From Heterodontus francisci (lineage: Eukaryota): 64,000 nucleotides of DNA. A program made the translations under genes and the position numbers. This document shows positions 35,200 through 48,446 of this stretch, in pieces. Numbering within the stretch: the first letter of the stretch is position 1; every line of letters starts with the position of its first letter. The DNA is taken from contig NC_090399.1 of the NCBI RefSeq assembly GCF_036365525.1, positions 22,082,529-22,146,528 of the forward strand, given 5' to 3'. Below the pieces are notes generated by a model, which did no database searches, was not told where the DNA came from, and saw only the letters and a program-made list of their open reading frames with translations.

Positions 35200-38100
35200 C
35201 AGCCATGTAAGGCAGATGAATTGAGGGCATTGATCAGCACATGGGATTATGATATTATTGCTATCACAGAGACATGGTTGAGGGAGGGGCAGGACTGGCA
35301 GCTCAATGTTCCAGGGTATGGAGTCTTTAGGCATGACAGGGGAGGAGATAAAAGTGGAGATGGTATTGCACTGTTGATCAAGGAGTCAATTAGCACAGTA
35401 AGGAGGGATAATATAGAGTCATAGTGATACAGCACTGAAACAGGCCCTTTGGCCCACCGAGTCTGTGCCGACCAACAACCACCCATTCATACTAATCCTA
35501 CATTAATCCCATATTCCCTACCGCATCCCCACCATTCTCCTACCACCTACTTACACTAGGGACAATTTACAATGGCCAATTTACCTATCAACCTGCAAGT
35601 CTTTGGTTGTGGGAGGAAACCGGAGCACCTGACGGAAACCCACACAGTTACAGGGAGAATTTGCAAACTCCACACAGGCAGTACCCAGAAGCGAACCTGG
35701 GTCACTGGAGCTGTGAGGCTGCAGAGCTAACCACATATCTTAGAAGGTTCCTCAAATGAGACCATATGGGTAGAACTTAAAAACAAAAAGCGGGCAATCA
35801 CTTGGCTGGTAATGTACTACAGGCCTCCAAACAGTCAGGGAGAGATAGAGGAGCAGATATGCAGGCAAATCTTAGGGAGGTGTAAAAATAATAGTAGGGG
35901 ATTTCAGCTTCCCGAATATCAACTGGGATAGCAAAAGGCTTAAAGGGGGCGGAATTCTTAAAATGCATACAGGAGAGCTTTTTGAGCCAGTACATAGAAA
36001 GTCCTACAAGGGAAGGGGCAGTACTGGACCTACTCCTAGGGAATGAAGCCAGACAAGTGGTAGGTGTCAGTGGGGGAGCATTTCGGGGGTAGTGACCATA
36101 GCTCTAAGATTTAAGGTAGTTCTGGAAAAGGGCAAAGATGGACCGGAAATAAAGGTACTGAATTGGGGGAAGGCTGATTTCAATATGATAAGACAGGATC
36201 TGGCCAAAGTGGACTGGGAGCAGCTACTTGGAGGAAAGTCTACATCAGATTGGTGGGAGGCATTCAAAGAGGAAATAGTGAGAGTTCAGAGTCAACCTGT
36301 ACCCATTAAGGTGAAGGGTAGGACCAACAAGTCCAGGTAACCTTGGATGTCAAGGGATATAGAGGATTGGATCAGGGGGGATAAAAAGGCTTATGGCAGA
36401 TTCAGAGCACTGAAAACAGCAGAGGCCCTAGAGGAGTATAGAAAGTGTAGGGGGTACTTAAAGTAATTAGGAGAGCGAAGAGGGGACATGAAAAAACATT
36501 GGTGATAAGATAAAGTAAAATCCTAAGGCATTTTATAAGTATATTAAGGGCAAGAAGATAAGCAGGGAAAATGTAGGGCCCATTAGTAATCAAAGTGGCA
36601 ATCTGTGTGTGGAGCCAGAGGATATAGGTGAGGTTTTAAATGATTACTTTTCATCTGTGTTCACTATGGAGAAGAATGAAGTAGAGGTAGAGATCAGGGA
36701 GGGGATTGTGATATACTTGAACATATTAGTATTGTTGGGAAGAGGTATTAGCTGTTTTAGCTAGCTTAAAAGTGAATAAATCCCCAGGCTCAGATGAGAT
36801 GTATCCCAGGCTGTTATGTGATTGCAGGGGCTCTGACACAAATTTTCAAATCCTCTCTGGCCACAGGAGAGGTACCAGAGGACTGGAGGACAGTGAATGT
36901 GATACCATTATTCAAGAAGGGTAGCAAGGATAAACCAGGTAATTACAGGCCAGTGAGTCTAACATCAGTGGTTGGGAAACGATTGGAAAAAACTCTGAGG
37001 CAGGGATTAATCAGGGATAGTCAGCATGGCTTTGTCAGGGGAGATAGTGTCTGACTAACTTGATTGAATTTTTTGAGGTGGTGATGAAATGTGTAGATGA
37101 GGGTAAAGCAGTTGATGTAGTCGACATGGACTTCAGTAAGGCTTTTGATAGGGTCCCACATGGGCAATTGGTTAACAAGGTAAGAGCCCATGGGATCCAG
37201 GGCAAGTTGGCAAATTGGATCCAGAATTGGCTTAGTGGCAGGAGGCAGAGGGTGATGGTCGAGGGTTGTTTCTGCGAGTGGAAGCCTGTGACCAGTGGTG
37301 TACGACAGGGGTTGGTGCTGGGACCCTTGCTGTTTGGAGTGTACATTAATGATTTAGACATGAATATAGGAGGTATGATCAGTAAGTTCGCAAATGCCAC
37401 GGAAATTGATGGTGTCGTAAATAGTGAGGAGGAAAGCCTTAGATTACAGGATGATAAAGAAGGGCTGGTAATATGGGCGGAGCAGTAGCAAATGGAATTT
37501 AATCCTGAGAAGTGTGAGGTGAGGCATTTTGGGAGGACTAACAAGGCAAGGGAATATACAATGGATGGTAGGACCCTAGGAAGTACAGAGGGTCAGAGGG
37601 ACCTTGGTGTACTTGTCCATAGATCACTGAAGGCAGCAGCACAGGTAGATAAGGTGGTTAGGAAAGCATATGGGATACTTGCATTTATTAGCCGAGGCAT
37701 AGAATATAATAGCAAGGAGGTTATGATGGAGCTGTATAAAATGCCAGTTAGGCCACAGCTGGAGTACTGTGTACAGTTCTGGGCACCACACTATAGGAAG
37801 GATGTGATTGCACTGGAGAGAGTGCAGAGGAGATTCACCAGGATGTTGCCTGGGCTGGAGCATTTCAGCTATGAAGAAAGACTGAAAAGGCTAGGGTTGT
37901 TTTCCTCAGAGCAGAGAAGGCTGAGGGGGGACATGATTGAGGTATACAAAATTATGAGGGGCATTGATAGATTAGATAGGAAGAAACTTTTTCCCTTAGT
38001 TGAGGGGTCATTAACCAGGGGGCATAGATTTAAGGTAGGGGGCAGGAGACTTAGAGGGGATTTGAGGAAAAGATTTTTCACCCAGTGGGTGGTTGGAATC

Positions 38101-38297
38101 TGGAATGCACTGCCCGAAGAGGTGGTAGATGCAGGAACCCTCAACATTTAAGAAGTATTTAGATGAGCACTTGAAACGCCATAGTATACAAGGCTACAGG
38201 CCAAGTGCTGGAAAATGGGATTAGAGTAGTTAGGTGCTTGATGGCCGGCACAGACATGATGGGCCGAAGGGCCTGTTTCTGAGCTGTATAACTCTGA
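35200..38297 (+). mobile_element. CR1 LINE ORF2 to 3' tail, decayed, containing an HE1 SINE
   Basis: [44 protein letters not shown]; tail gggccgaagggcctgtttct. Confidence 0.93.
35413..35733 (-). mobile_element. HE1-type V-SINE inserted in a CR1
   Basis: Reverse-complement SINE; the CR1 sequence resumes at atatcttagaagg. Confidence 0.88.
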
Positions 38298-38974
38298 GTA
38301 GATCCACTGAAGTGATATCAGCTACTATTCATGCTCCTGCAGCTGACATCACTTCCTGCACGTGATTGTCCAAGACATAAGTTGCCTGGAGTTCTCACAT
38401 GGCATAGGATGTGCATTCATTGGGGCAGAGTTGCCCAGCCTTGCTGTTACTTACTAGACTACTAGCTAAATTTCTTACTTTCAACCCACTGTCCAAACAG
38501 AAAACAAAAAGACAACAGTAATACTCACCAATCACCTACCTGCTGTCCTTTGCGATTAGTCCTTGATTTGTTTTTATTGTTGGCTTTTATTATTACTTGG
38601 ATCTGTGCTCTGTCCTGGGCCTTGTCTCCTTCTCTATTTATGATCCTGCTGTCCCTGTTGTTGCCATCTCCATGGCTCCATGCTCTGTCTTGGGCCTTCT
38701 CTCCCACTCTGTGCACCTGCCACCTCAGTTCTTGTCGCCTCTGCTCAGGTGCACACATTTGTCAATTTAGCTTTTTCTTTCACTTCCTCATCCAAGCCAA
38801 CAACCCTCCCTCCCCCCTCCACCCCGTCCTTCTAGCCTTTCACTTTGCCATTTTACTGCACACTCTCTCTAAGCTCATCTTAGCCATGACACTTAGCATT
38901 GCATTCCAGCTGAACTTCCCACCATCCACGTTCCTTTCCTGGCTCCCATGTGACATTATAATTAGTTCTCTCTC

Positions 38975-39810
38975 CTCTTCCTCTGGTTACTGACCTCTCT
39001 GCTAATGGTAATAGAACTTTCCGAGTCACTCCATCTAGGCCCCTCATAATTTTATACACCTCAATTAAACCTCCCCTCGCCCTCCTCTGATCTAAGGAAA
39101 ACAATCCCAGCCTATCCAAGTTTTCCTCATGGCTAAAATGACCCATTCCTGGCAACATCCTTGTAAATCTCCTCTGTACCTTCTGCAGTACAATTACATC
39201 CCTCCTGTAACAGTCTAACTCGTGTTCTATACAGTTCTAGCATAATCTCCCTGCTCTTTTACACTAAGCCTTGGCCAATAAAGGAAATATCCCATATTCC
39301 TTGTTAACCACCTAATCTACTTGTCCTGCTACCCTCGGGCATACACTCCAAGTTCCCTCTGCTCTTCTACATTTCTCAGTATCCTTTTTAGTGTGTATTC
39401 CCTTGCCTTGTTTGTCCTCCCAAATGTACCTCTTACTTCTCTGGATTGAATTCTATTTGCCACTTTTCTGCCCACCTGACTATCCATTGGGATCTTCCTG
39501 CAATCTACAGCTTTGTTCTTTGCCTTCAACCACACGGCCAATTTCTTATCTGCAAACCTCTTAATCATGCCCCCTACATATAAGAATAAGTCATTCATAT
39601 ATACCACAAACAGCAAGGGACCCTGTACTGAGCCCTGCAGAGTCTCATTGGAAACAGCCTTCCAGCCACGCAAACACTCAGAGCGTAATCCTTTGCTTCC
39701 TGTCTCTGAGCCAATTTTGGATCCAACTTGCCACTTTGCTTTGGATCTCATGAGCTTTTAATTTTCTAACCAGCCTGCGATGTGGGAATTTGTCAAAAGC
39801 CTTGCGAAAA
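38975..39810 (-). mobile_element. CR1 RT fragment, decayed
   Basis: LQGSVQGPLLFVVYMNDL..RFAD; LGLFSLDQRR.RG.LIEVYKIM. Confidence 0.8.
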
Positions 39811-41249
39811 TCCATCCTTTTCTTGCCTAAAATGCCTCTGCCTCTCCACCTTCTCCTCCTTTAAGAGATTCCTTAACTTTCTTTTCAACCTACATCTGAC
39901 CAAGCTTTTGGCCACTCTTCCTGTTATCTCTTCATTTGGTTCAATGTCTGTTTTTTTTTTTCTTTATAGCTCTGAAGTATATTAAAGCTGTGAGATAAAT
40001 ACAAGTTATACAAATCAATTAACCATCCACTAATAATGGCTGTCGATCGGAGAAAATTCTGCTGTAAATGGCTTTGTTTCATACCAAACTTGATCTGTTC
40101 AATGAACACTGCCTTCTTTGCTGGGGAAAGCTGACTGAATATGATGACATCTTATTCAAGTGAAAGACTTGACATTCCATTGTAACTTTTTAATGTTTCA
40201 ACTTTGTTTCAATTTTTTTTTATATATTGCCTATTAAAACAGTTGCTGTATTTATGTGAATATTTGCCAGCAAGGCAACATTTCTGGTTCATCTGGTTAC
40301 CTTGTGATTGTGAAGTCAGTCACTTATTTTTATTCATTCTCAGGCTAAGGGTGTTTGTTGGCAAAGCCAAAATAGTATTCAATATTCCGAGTTGCTCTTG
40401 ACCAGGTAGTAGTGAACCGAGTTCTTGAACTGCTGCAGTCGGTATGGTGAAGGTACTTCTAAATTCATGTGTAGACTTTAATCATTTTCTAAGTGTGAAT
40501 AATGGTTAATTCCGCAAAAGAAAATATTTCTGCCTATGTCCTTTTAATTGGTTCAAGTGGTCCAGAAACAAAGACTGATTTATTTCAGGTTCTACTTGGT
40601 GTGACCTTTTAAGTATATGTTTGACTACTACTGTGTGTATTGTATGCTTAATAAACCTATGACACCTGATTTCAGTATTCACCTTAGTAACAAGCCCATG
40701 CCTGTCTGTTATCTTGATCCTGCTGAATGCAGATATTGCGAATGGAACTGAACACTACAAGCAGCAAACAGTTTATGATGAAGGGATGGGTTATTGCTGA
40801 AACAGCAGAAGATATTTGGGCCGAGGATACAGCCTTCAGGAGCTCCTGCAGCGATGCCCTGGGCTTCAGACAATCCAGCAGCCACTAGTGGGGCGAGAGC
40901 CACATGTAGGTCAGAATGAGTTGGGATTCATAATTTCCCATCCCAGAAGTGTATTAGTGAAGGTTTTTTATGGTCATCTTTACACAGCTTCATCTGAATC
41001 TGTTTTGTTTCTTCCAGTCCACAAATTACCAGAATTTATAACTTACCATGTTGGTATTTGAAACCAAGATCCCTGGGTTGTTCACTCAGCACTATAACCA
41101 CTGGGCCACTGTACCCTGTATAAGTGTGGGATAAGGGCTAGTTCTGCAAAGTAACATATCTCTGCATATGTCCTCCTTAATTGGTTCAAATGGTACAGAA
41201 ACAAAGACATTTATTTTATGTTCTACTTGGAGTCATACCTATATGTGGT

Positions 41250-42715
41250 TGTTGGAAGCCAATCATCTCAGCCCCAGGGCCATGACTGCAGGAGTTCTTC
41301 AGGGTAGTGTCTGAGGCCAACCATCTTCAGCTGCTTCATCAATGACCTTCCCTCCACCATAAGGTCAGAAATTGGGAAGTTTGCTGATGATTGTATGATG
41401 TTCAGTACTATTGGCAACTCCTCAGCCACTGAAGCAGTCCGTGTCCATGTGCAGCAAGACCTGCACAACATTCAAGCTTGGGCAGATAAAGTGGCAAGTA
41501 CCATTCACGCTGTACAAGTGCCAGGCAATGACTGTCTCCAACAAGAGAGAATCTAACCATCTCCCCTTGACATTCAATGACATTATCATTGCTGAATCCC
41601 TCACCATCAAAATCCTGGGAGCTACCATTGACCAGAAACTGAACTGGACTAGCCACATAAATACTGTGCTGACAACAGCAGGTCAGAGGCTGGGCATTCT
41701 GTAGCGAGTAACCAACCTCCTGACTCACCAAAGCCTGTCTACCATCTTGTTCCTGGGATAGCAGGATTGACCTATGAAGAGAGAGTGGGGAAACTGGGCC
41801 TGTATTCTCTAGAGTTTTGAAGAATGAGAGGTGATCTCATTGAAACCTACAAAATACTTAAAGGGGTAGACAGGGTAGGTGCTGGTAAGATGTTTCCCCT
41901 TGTTGGGGGGTCTAGAACCAGGGAACACAATTTCAAAATAAGGGGGAAGCCACTTAGGACCAAGATGAGGAGAAATATCTCTACTCAGAGGGTTGTGAAT
42001 CTTCAGAATTCTCAACCCAGAGGGCTGTAGAAGCTCAGTCATTAAGTATGTTTAAAGCAGAGATTGGCAGATTTCTAAATATCAAGAACTTAAGGGGATA
42101 TGGGAATAGTGTGAGAAAAAGGTATTGAAGTGGATGATCGGCCATGACTGTATGTTGAACGGCGGAGGAGGCTCGATGGGCTGAATGGACTACTCCTGCT
42201 CCTATGTTCCTAACTACAAGTTGGGAGTGTGATGGAATACTCTCCACTTGCCTGGATGAGTACAGCTCAAACAAAGCTCAGGAAACTCGACACCATCTAG
42301 GTCAAAGCAGCTTGCTTGATTGGCACCTCATCTACCACCGACGCACAGTGGGTGCAGTGTGTACCATATACAAGATGCACTGCAGCAACTCCCCACACCT
42401 CCTTCAAACAGCACCTTGCAAATGTGCGACCTCTTCCAAATAGAAGGACAAGGGCAGCAGATGTGTAGGAACACCACCATCTGCAAGTTCCCCTCCAAGC
42501 CACACACCATCCTGACTTGAAACTATTTTGCCGTTCCTTCATTGTCGCCAAGTCAAAATCCTGGAACTCCCTTCCTAACAGCACTGTTGGTATACCCACA
42601 TCAGATACACTGAAGTGGTTCAAGAAGGCAGCTCACCATCACCTTCTCAAGGGCAATTAGGGATGGGCAACAAATGCTGGACTTGACAGCAATGCTCACA
42701 TCCTATGAAAGGATA
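41250..42715 (+). mobile_element. CR1-group LINE (distinct family) RT/3' end, split by a CR1 3' fragment at about 41745-42215; inverted piece at about 40700-40890
   Basis: ggagttcttcagggtagtgtctgaggcccaacc ([10 protein letters not shown]-like), aagtttgctgatgat (KFADD), and tail caagggcaattagggatgggcaacaaatgctgg. Confidence 0.75.
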
Positions 42716-43140
42716 AAACAAGAATTTTGATGGATGTGATACAGGATTAAAAAAGCACAATGCATTAAAAATTGTGATGCAATGATGCCACATCAGCTTG
42801 GCATCAGGTTTCAAAATTTTACAATTATAAAATATCAGCTTCTGTACTCCCAGGAGCGCATATCATGAAATTGCTGAACCCAGTCAATTTTCCATCCATT
42901 AAAGTGAAGTGGGATTTATTTACCTCTTTGCTGTGGATTAAATGCCTAAAAGTTTGTTGAAAGGAGTCACTTTGTTTTGAGATGTTGTGATTCCCTGGAA
43001 AGGATGATGCTGTTTGTTGTACATTCCCCAAATTGCTAGAGGAAGGGGTTGGGGGTGGTGAGGGGGCATCGGGGGGAGGTGGGGAAGGAATAATTTTCTG
43101 CCAGAATGGGAGGGTTGGAAAAATTTGGGGAGACTCATTG

Positions 43141-44885
43141 CTCACCCTCCTCACCACCCTTCTCCCCCTGGCTGAACTTGTTCTCACATTGAACAACTTC
43201 TCCTTCAACTCCATGCACTTCCTTCAAGTAAAAGGTGTCGCTATGGGTACCTGCATGGGTCCTAGTTATGCCTGTCTTTTTGTGGGATATGTCGAGCATT
43301 CTTTGTTCCAGTCCTACTCAGGCCCCCTCCCCCAACTCTTTTTCTGGTACATTGATAACTGTATCGGTGCCGTTTCCTGCTCCCGCCCCGAACTGGAAAA
43401 CTTTATCAACTTTGCTTCCAATTTCCACCCTTCTCTCACCTTTACATGGTCCATCTCTGACACTTCCCTTCCCTTCCTCGACTTCTCTGTCTCCATCTCT
43501 GGGGATAAGTTGTCTACCAATATCCATTATAAGCCCACTGACTCCCACAGCTACCTCGACTACACTTCTTCACACCCTACCTCCTGTAAGGACTCCATTC
43601 CATTCTCCCAGTTTCTCCGTCTCTGACGCATCTGCTCTGATGATGCTACCTTCCATGACGGTGCTTCTAATATGACCTCCTTTTTCCTCAACCGAGGATT
43701 TCCCCCCACTGTGGTTGACAGGGCCCTCAACCGTGTCCGACCCATTCCCCGCACCTCTACCCTCACCCCTTCCCCTCCCTCCCAGAACCGTGACAGGGTT
43801 CCCCTTGTCCTCACTTTTCATCCCACCAGCCTCCATATCCAAAGGATCATCCTCCGCCATTTTCGCCACCTCCAGCGTGATGCCACTACCAGTCGCATCT
43901 TCCCCTCCCTTCCCCTGTCAGCATTCCGAAGGGATCGTTCCCTCCGCGACACCCTGGTCCACTCCTCCATTACCCCCACCACCTCGTCCCCATCCCAGGG
44001 CACCTTCCCCTGCAATCGCAGGAGGTGTAATACCTGCCCATTTACCTCCTCTCTCCTCACTATCCCAGGCCCCAAACACTCCTTTCAGGTGAAGCAGCGA
44101 TTTACTTGTACTTCTTTCAATGTAGTATACTGTATTCGCTGCTCACAGTGTGGTCTCCTCTACATTGGGGAGACCAAGCGCAGACTGGGTGACCGCTTTG
44201 CGGAACATCTCCGCTCAGTCCGCAAGCAGGACCCTGAGCTTCCGGTTGCTTGCCATTTCAACACTCCCCCCTGCTCTCATGCTCATATCTCTGTCCTGGG
44301 ATTGCTGCAGTGTTCCAGTGAACATCAAAGCAAGCTCGAGGAACAGCATCTCATCTACCGATTAGGCACACTGCAGCCTGCCGGACTGAACATTGAGTTC
44401 AATAATTTCAGAGCATGACAGCCCCCCATTTTACTTTCATTTTTAGTTATTTTTTCTTCCTTTTTTTTACATTCCTTTTTACATTTTTTACAATCTTTTT
44501 TTGCATTTATTTCATTTCATCTTAGTTTGTTCAGTCTGCTTACCCACTTTTTTTCAGGTTGTTTTTCTTCAGGTTTGCACTTGCTGCTGTTCAATATTCA
44601 GTGTATTCACACCTAATCTGTACTAATGCTTTGTCTTTCAACACACCATTAACATATTGTTTGCCTTTTCTCCGTGAGCTTTTGGTCAGCTATGTGGCCT
44701 GGTCCAATCTGCACCTTCTCCTTTGTTATCTCTTGCCCCACCCCCACCTCACTTGTTTATAATCTGTGACTTTTCTAATATTTGTCAGTTCCGAAGAAGG
44801 GTCACTGACCCGAAACGTTAACTCTGCTTCTCTTTCCACAGATGCTGCCAGACCTGCTGAGTGATTCCAGCATTTCTTGTTTTTG
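43141..44885 (+). mobile_element. Penelope-like element, 5'-truncated (RT plus GIY-YIG), with a premature stop
   Basis: QVKGVAMGTCMGPSYACLFVG, YIDN (YIDD site), LPFLD, YKPTDSHSYL; TGA at 43624-43626; NVVYCIRCSQCGLLYIGETKRRLGDRFAEH; T-rich 3' UTR. Confidence 0.95.
44787..44823 (+). ncRNA. Minimal hammerhead-ribozyme-like motif in the PLE 3' terminus
   Basis: AGTT-CCGAAGA-A-GGGTC act GACCC-GAAA-CGTT-AACT: stem I AGTT/AACT, 5-bp stem II, palindromic AACGTT; core is a CCGAAGA variant of CUGANGA. Confidence 0.6.
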
Positions 44886-46099
44886 TTGCTCCAAAAGTTA
44901 GTTGACAGCACACTGCTTGATATTTTCCGATCAAGTCTCATTTTCTACATTTTCCTCGCTAAATATATTTCCATGAAATCCCAGTTACATCTCTCTATTT
45001 GGCAGCTTGCCTCCTGCTGATTCTCTGATCGCTGTATTTAACTGCATTGGGAGTTTTGGTGTTACTTTTATTGGGTCTTTGGTGAGCATTGAGGCGGTTA
45101 GTTTAGTGCATGTTTTTTGGTGCTGATATTAACTTCAGTTTGAGACTTTTTTTTTCAGTTCCCATCATTGAAAGGATTTTACTGTTAGTTTAAACACCTC
45201 ACAGTGGGAAGGTGGGCTTTCCCATGGGAATTTCTCTTGACCTTGGGTTTCTTGAGGATGAGGGGGGAGCTGTGAAGTAATAATCAGAGGGAGACTGCAC
45301 AGACCTACCTTTTGACCAGTAAGTAGTATCACAGACCCAGCAAATATCATCGGGGATGTGTTTTCACCAAGGCTTCTTCATGCAGGCCTATCTGGGATTA
45401 AAGTTTCATCTTATAGACAACCTAAAGAGTGGTTTTGAGTTGAAGGAGTGCATGCACAGTGGCTCAGTAAGTCACTAAGCATTATATAGCTAGGGTGTTT
45501 TACAATGACTTGGTGGGTGAAGTCCTTTGAAAGAATAAATGTGGCAAGGATTTTAATTGGATATTACATCTTTTAGGTTTGCCCAATGAAGTAATGGAAG
45601 GCATAGAATTGTGAACTCCATGATTGTATGGGGTGGCTTGGATTAGGTTGACCAAAAGCACTTTGCAGCATGGATCGAGCCATCTGTCCAATACATGGTA
45701 CTATTGAGTAAGATCAGCCTCACCAGATTCCTTTTTAATTGTGCCGCTTTTAGTTGTGAATCTGTTTGCCGAGATCTGTATCTGTGGGTAGTGTATACAG
45801 CATTGAGCCTGATCTCACCACCTGATGTCAGAAATAGTGCACCACTGATCTCTAGAGGATCTCTTTATTTAAACAAGCTAACCACACAACAGGACAGCTT
45901 GCTGCATTGTTGGCCAGTTTGCATCTGCAACTAAGCAGAAAAGCTGATAACAACAATGTCTGATGCAGAAAATAAATGGGTTACAACGATCAACTAGTAA
46001 TACATGAACAATATTTAAACTGCAGAAAGCTATCAGCTTTTTTCCAATTTCTATGTCAGGGTTTACAATGAAAACTATTGGTGTAAACGTCACAGAAAC

Positions 46100-47650
46100 A
46101 AAGAAAAATTTACGGCACAGGAGGAGACCATTCAGTCCCTCGTGTCCATGCTGGCCAAAAGAGTTATCCAGCCTAATCCTACTTTTCAGTCCTTGGTCTG
46201 TAGCCCTGATGGTTATGGCACCCCAAGGGCATATCCAAGTGTTTTTCCAATGTGATGAGTGTTTCTGCCTCTACCACCCTTGCAGGCAGTGAGTTCCAGA
46301 ACCCCACCATCCTCTGGGTGAAAAAGATTACTCCTCAACTTTCCTCTGATCCTTCCACCAATTACTTTAAACATATGGTCCCTTGTTATTGATGTTTCTG
46401 CTAAGGGAAATGGGTCCTTCCTATCCACTCTATCTATGCCCCACATAATTTTATACACCTCAAATAAATTTCCTCTCAGCCTCCTCTGTTCCAAAGAAAA
46501 CAATGCCAGCCTATCCAATCTTTCTTCATCGATAAAATTCTCCAGTGCTGACAACATTCTCGTAAATCTCATCTATATCCTTTCCAATGTGATTACTTCT
46601 TTCCTATAATGTGGTAACTATAATAGACTGCAGACAGTATGTTCTATATTTTTCTGCTCTTATACTCTATGCCTTGACTAACAAAGGAAAGTATCCTATA
46701 TATCTGCTTACCCACCTTATCTATGTCCTGCTACCTTCAGGGAGCTCTAGACATGCACTTCAAGGTGCCTCTGTTCCTCTACATTTCTCTGAATCATACC
46801 ATTTATTGCATATTCCCTTGCCTTGTTTGCCCTCCCCAAATGCGTCACCTCATACATCTCTGGATTAAATTCTATTTGTCCCTTTTCTGCCCACCTGACT
46901 AGTCCATTGATATCGTCTTGAAGTCTACAGCTTTCTTCTTCACTATAAACCACACGGCCAATTTTTGCATTATCCACAAACTTCTTAATCATGCTTCTTA
47001 CATTTACGTTTAAATGATTGTTTGTTACATACCATGAACATCAAAGGACCCAGTACTGAGCCCTGAGGAAACCCACTGGATGTAGCCTTCCAGTCACAAA
47101 AACACCCATAAACTATTACCCTTTGCTTCCTGCCACTGAGCCAATGTTGGATCCAATTTACCACTTACCCTTGGATCCCATGGACTTTTAATTTTCTGAC
47201 TAGTCTGCCTTGTGGGGCCTTGTCAAAAGCCTTGCTAAAATCCACGTAGGCAATGTCAAACATGCTAGCCTCATCGATCTTCCTCATTACCTCCTCAAAA
47301 AATTCAATCGACTTAATCAGATACAACCTTCCCTTAACCCATTCATGCTAAAGGTCCTTGAATATTCTTTGCCTTTTTAAGTGATGATTTATGTTTCTCA
47401 GAATTTTTTCCAATAATTTGCCCACACCAAGATTAGGCTGACTTGGGTTATCCCTTCCTTTTTAAACAATGGGATAACATTACCAGTCCTCATGCATCAT
47501 GCCTGTAGCCAGAGAGTATTGGAAAATGAGGGTCTGCTATTTCTTTCCGTACTTCTCTTCGCAGGCTGGGATATATTTCACCCTGGTGGGTATCAACTTT
47601 CAAGGATGCTAAACACCTTAGTAATTCCTCCCTCACTGTTATGACCTCAG
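46100..47650 (-). mobile_element. CR1 RT/3' fragment, decayed
   Basis: IKKFVDNAKIGRVV..LQDDINGLVRWAEK; RFTRML..LEQRRLRGNLFEVYKIM. Confidence 0.85.
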
Positions 47651-47789
47651 TGAGACCATTAACATTAAAATATGAGATATCAACACCAGACCAATTAAAA
47701 GAATTACACAACATGATTTCATGTTTTAGTACTTTTATTATAACAACTGAACTAAAAGGAATCCCTGCTAACTAAACAGTACTTTTTAA

Positions 47790-48446
47790 GTAAAAACAAG
47801 AAATGCTGGAACCACTCAGCAGGTCTGGCAGCATCTGTGGAAAGAGAAGCAGAGTTAACATTTTGAGTCAGTGACCCTTCTTCGGAACTGACAAATATTA
47901 AAAATGTCACAGGTTATAAGCAAGTGAGGTGGGGGTGGGGCAAGAGATAACAAAGGAGAAGGTGCAGATTGGACAAGGCCACATAGCTGACCAGAAAGTC
48001 ATGAAACAAAGACAAACAATATGTTAATGGTGTGTTGAAAGACAAAGCATTAGTACAGATTAGCTGTTAATACACTGAATATTGAACAGCAGCAAGTGCA
48101 AACATGAAAAAAAACAGTGGGTAAGCAAACTGAACAAACTAAGTTGAAATGAAATAAATGAAAAAAAAAGGTTGTAAAAAATGTAAAAAAGAAAAAAAGA
48201 AGAAAAAAGAAAAAACAACTAAAAATGAAAGTAAAATGGGGGGGCTGTCATGCTCTGAAATTATTGAACTCAATGTTCATTCCGGCAGGCTGTAGCGTGC
48301 CTAATCGGTAGATGAGATGCTGTTCCTCGAGATTGCGTTGATGTTCACTGGAACACTGCAGCAATCCCAGGACAGAGATGTGAGCATGAGTGCAGGGTGG
48401 AGTGTTGAAATGGCAAGCAACCGGAAGCTCAGGGTCCTGCTTGCGG
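47790..48446 (-). mobile_element. Penelope-like 3' fragment
   Basis: Reverse complement of about 44220-44885 (GIY-YIG end, 3' UTR, degenerate hammerhead). Confidence 0.9.

Noticed and set aside
38550-38993. Hydrophobic 147-aa ORF resembling a membrane protein
   Set aside because: T/C-rich sequence between CR1 fragments, with no convincing splice context or family motif.
45165-46093. Possible downstream exons of the minus-strand Ig pseudogene (donor near 45309, acceptor near 46050)
   Set aside because: The translations have stops and no recognisable Ig or TM pattern; cannot be supported.
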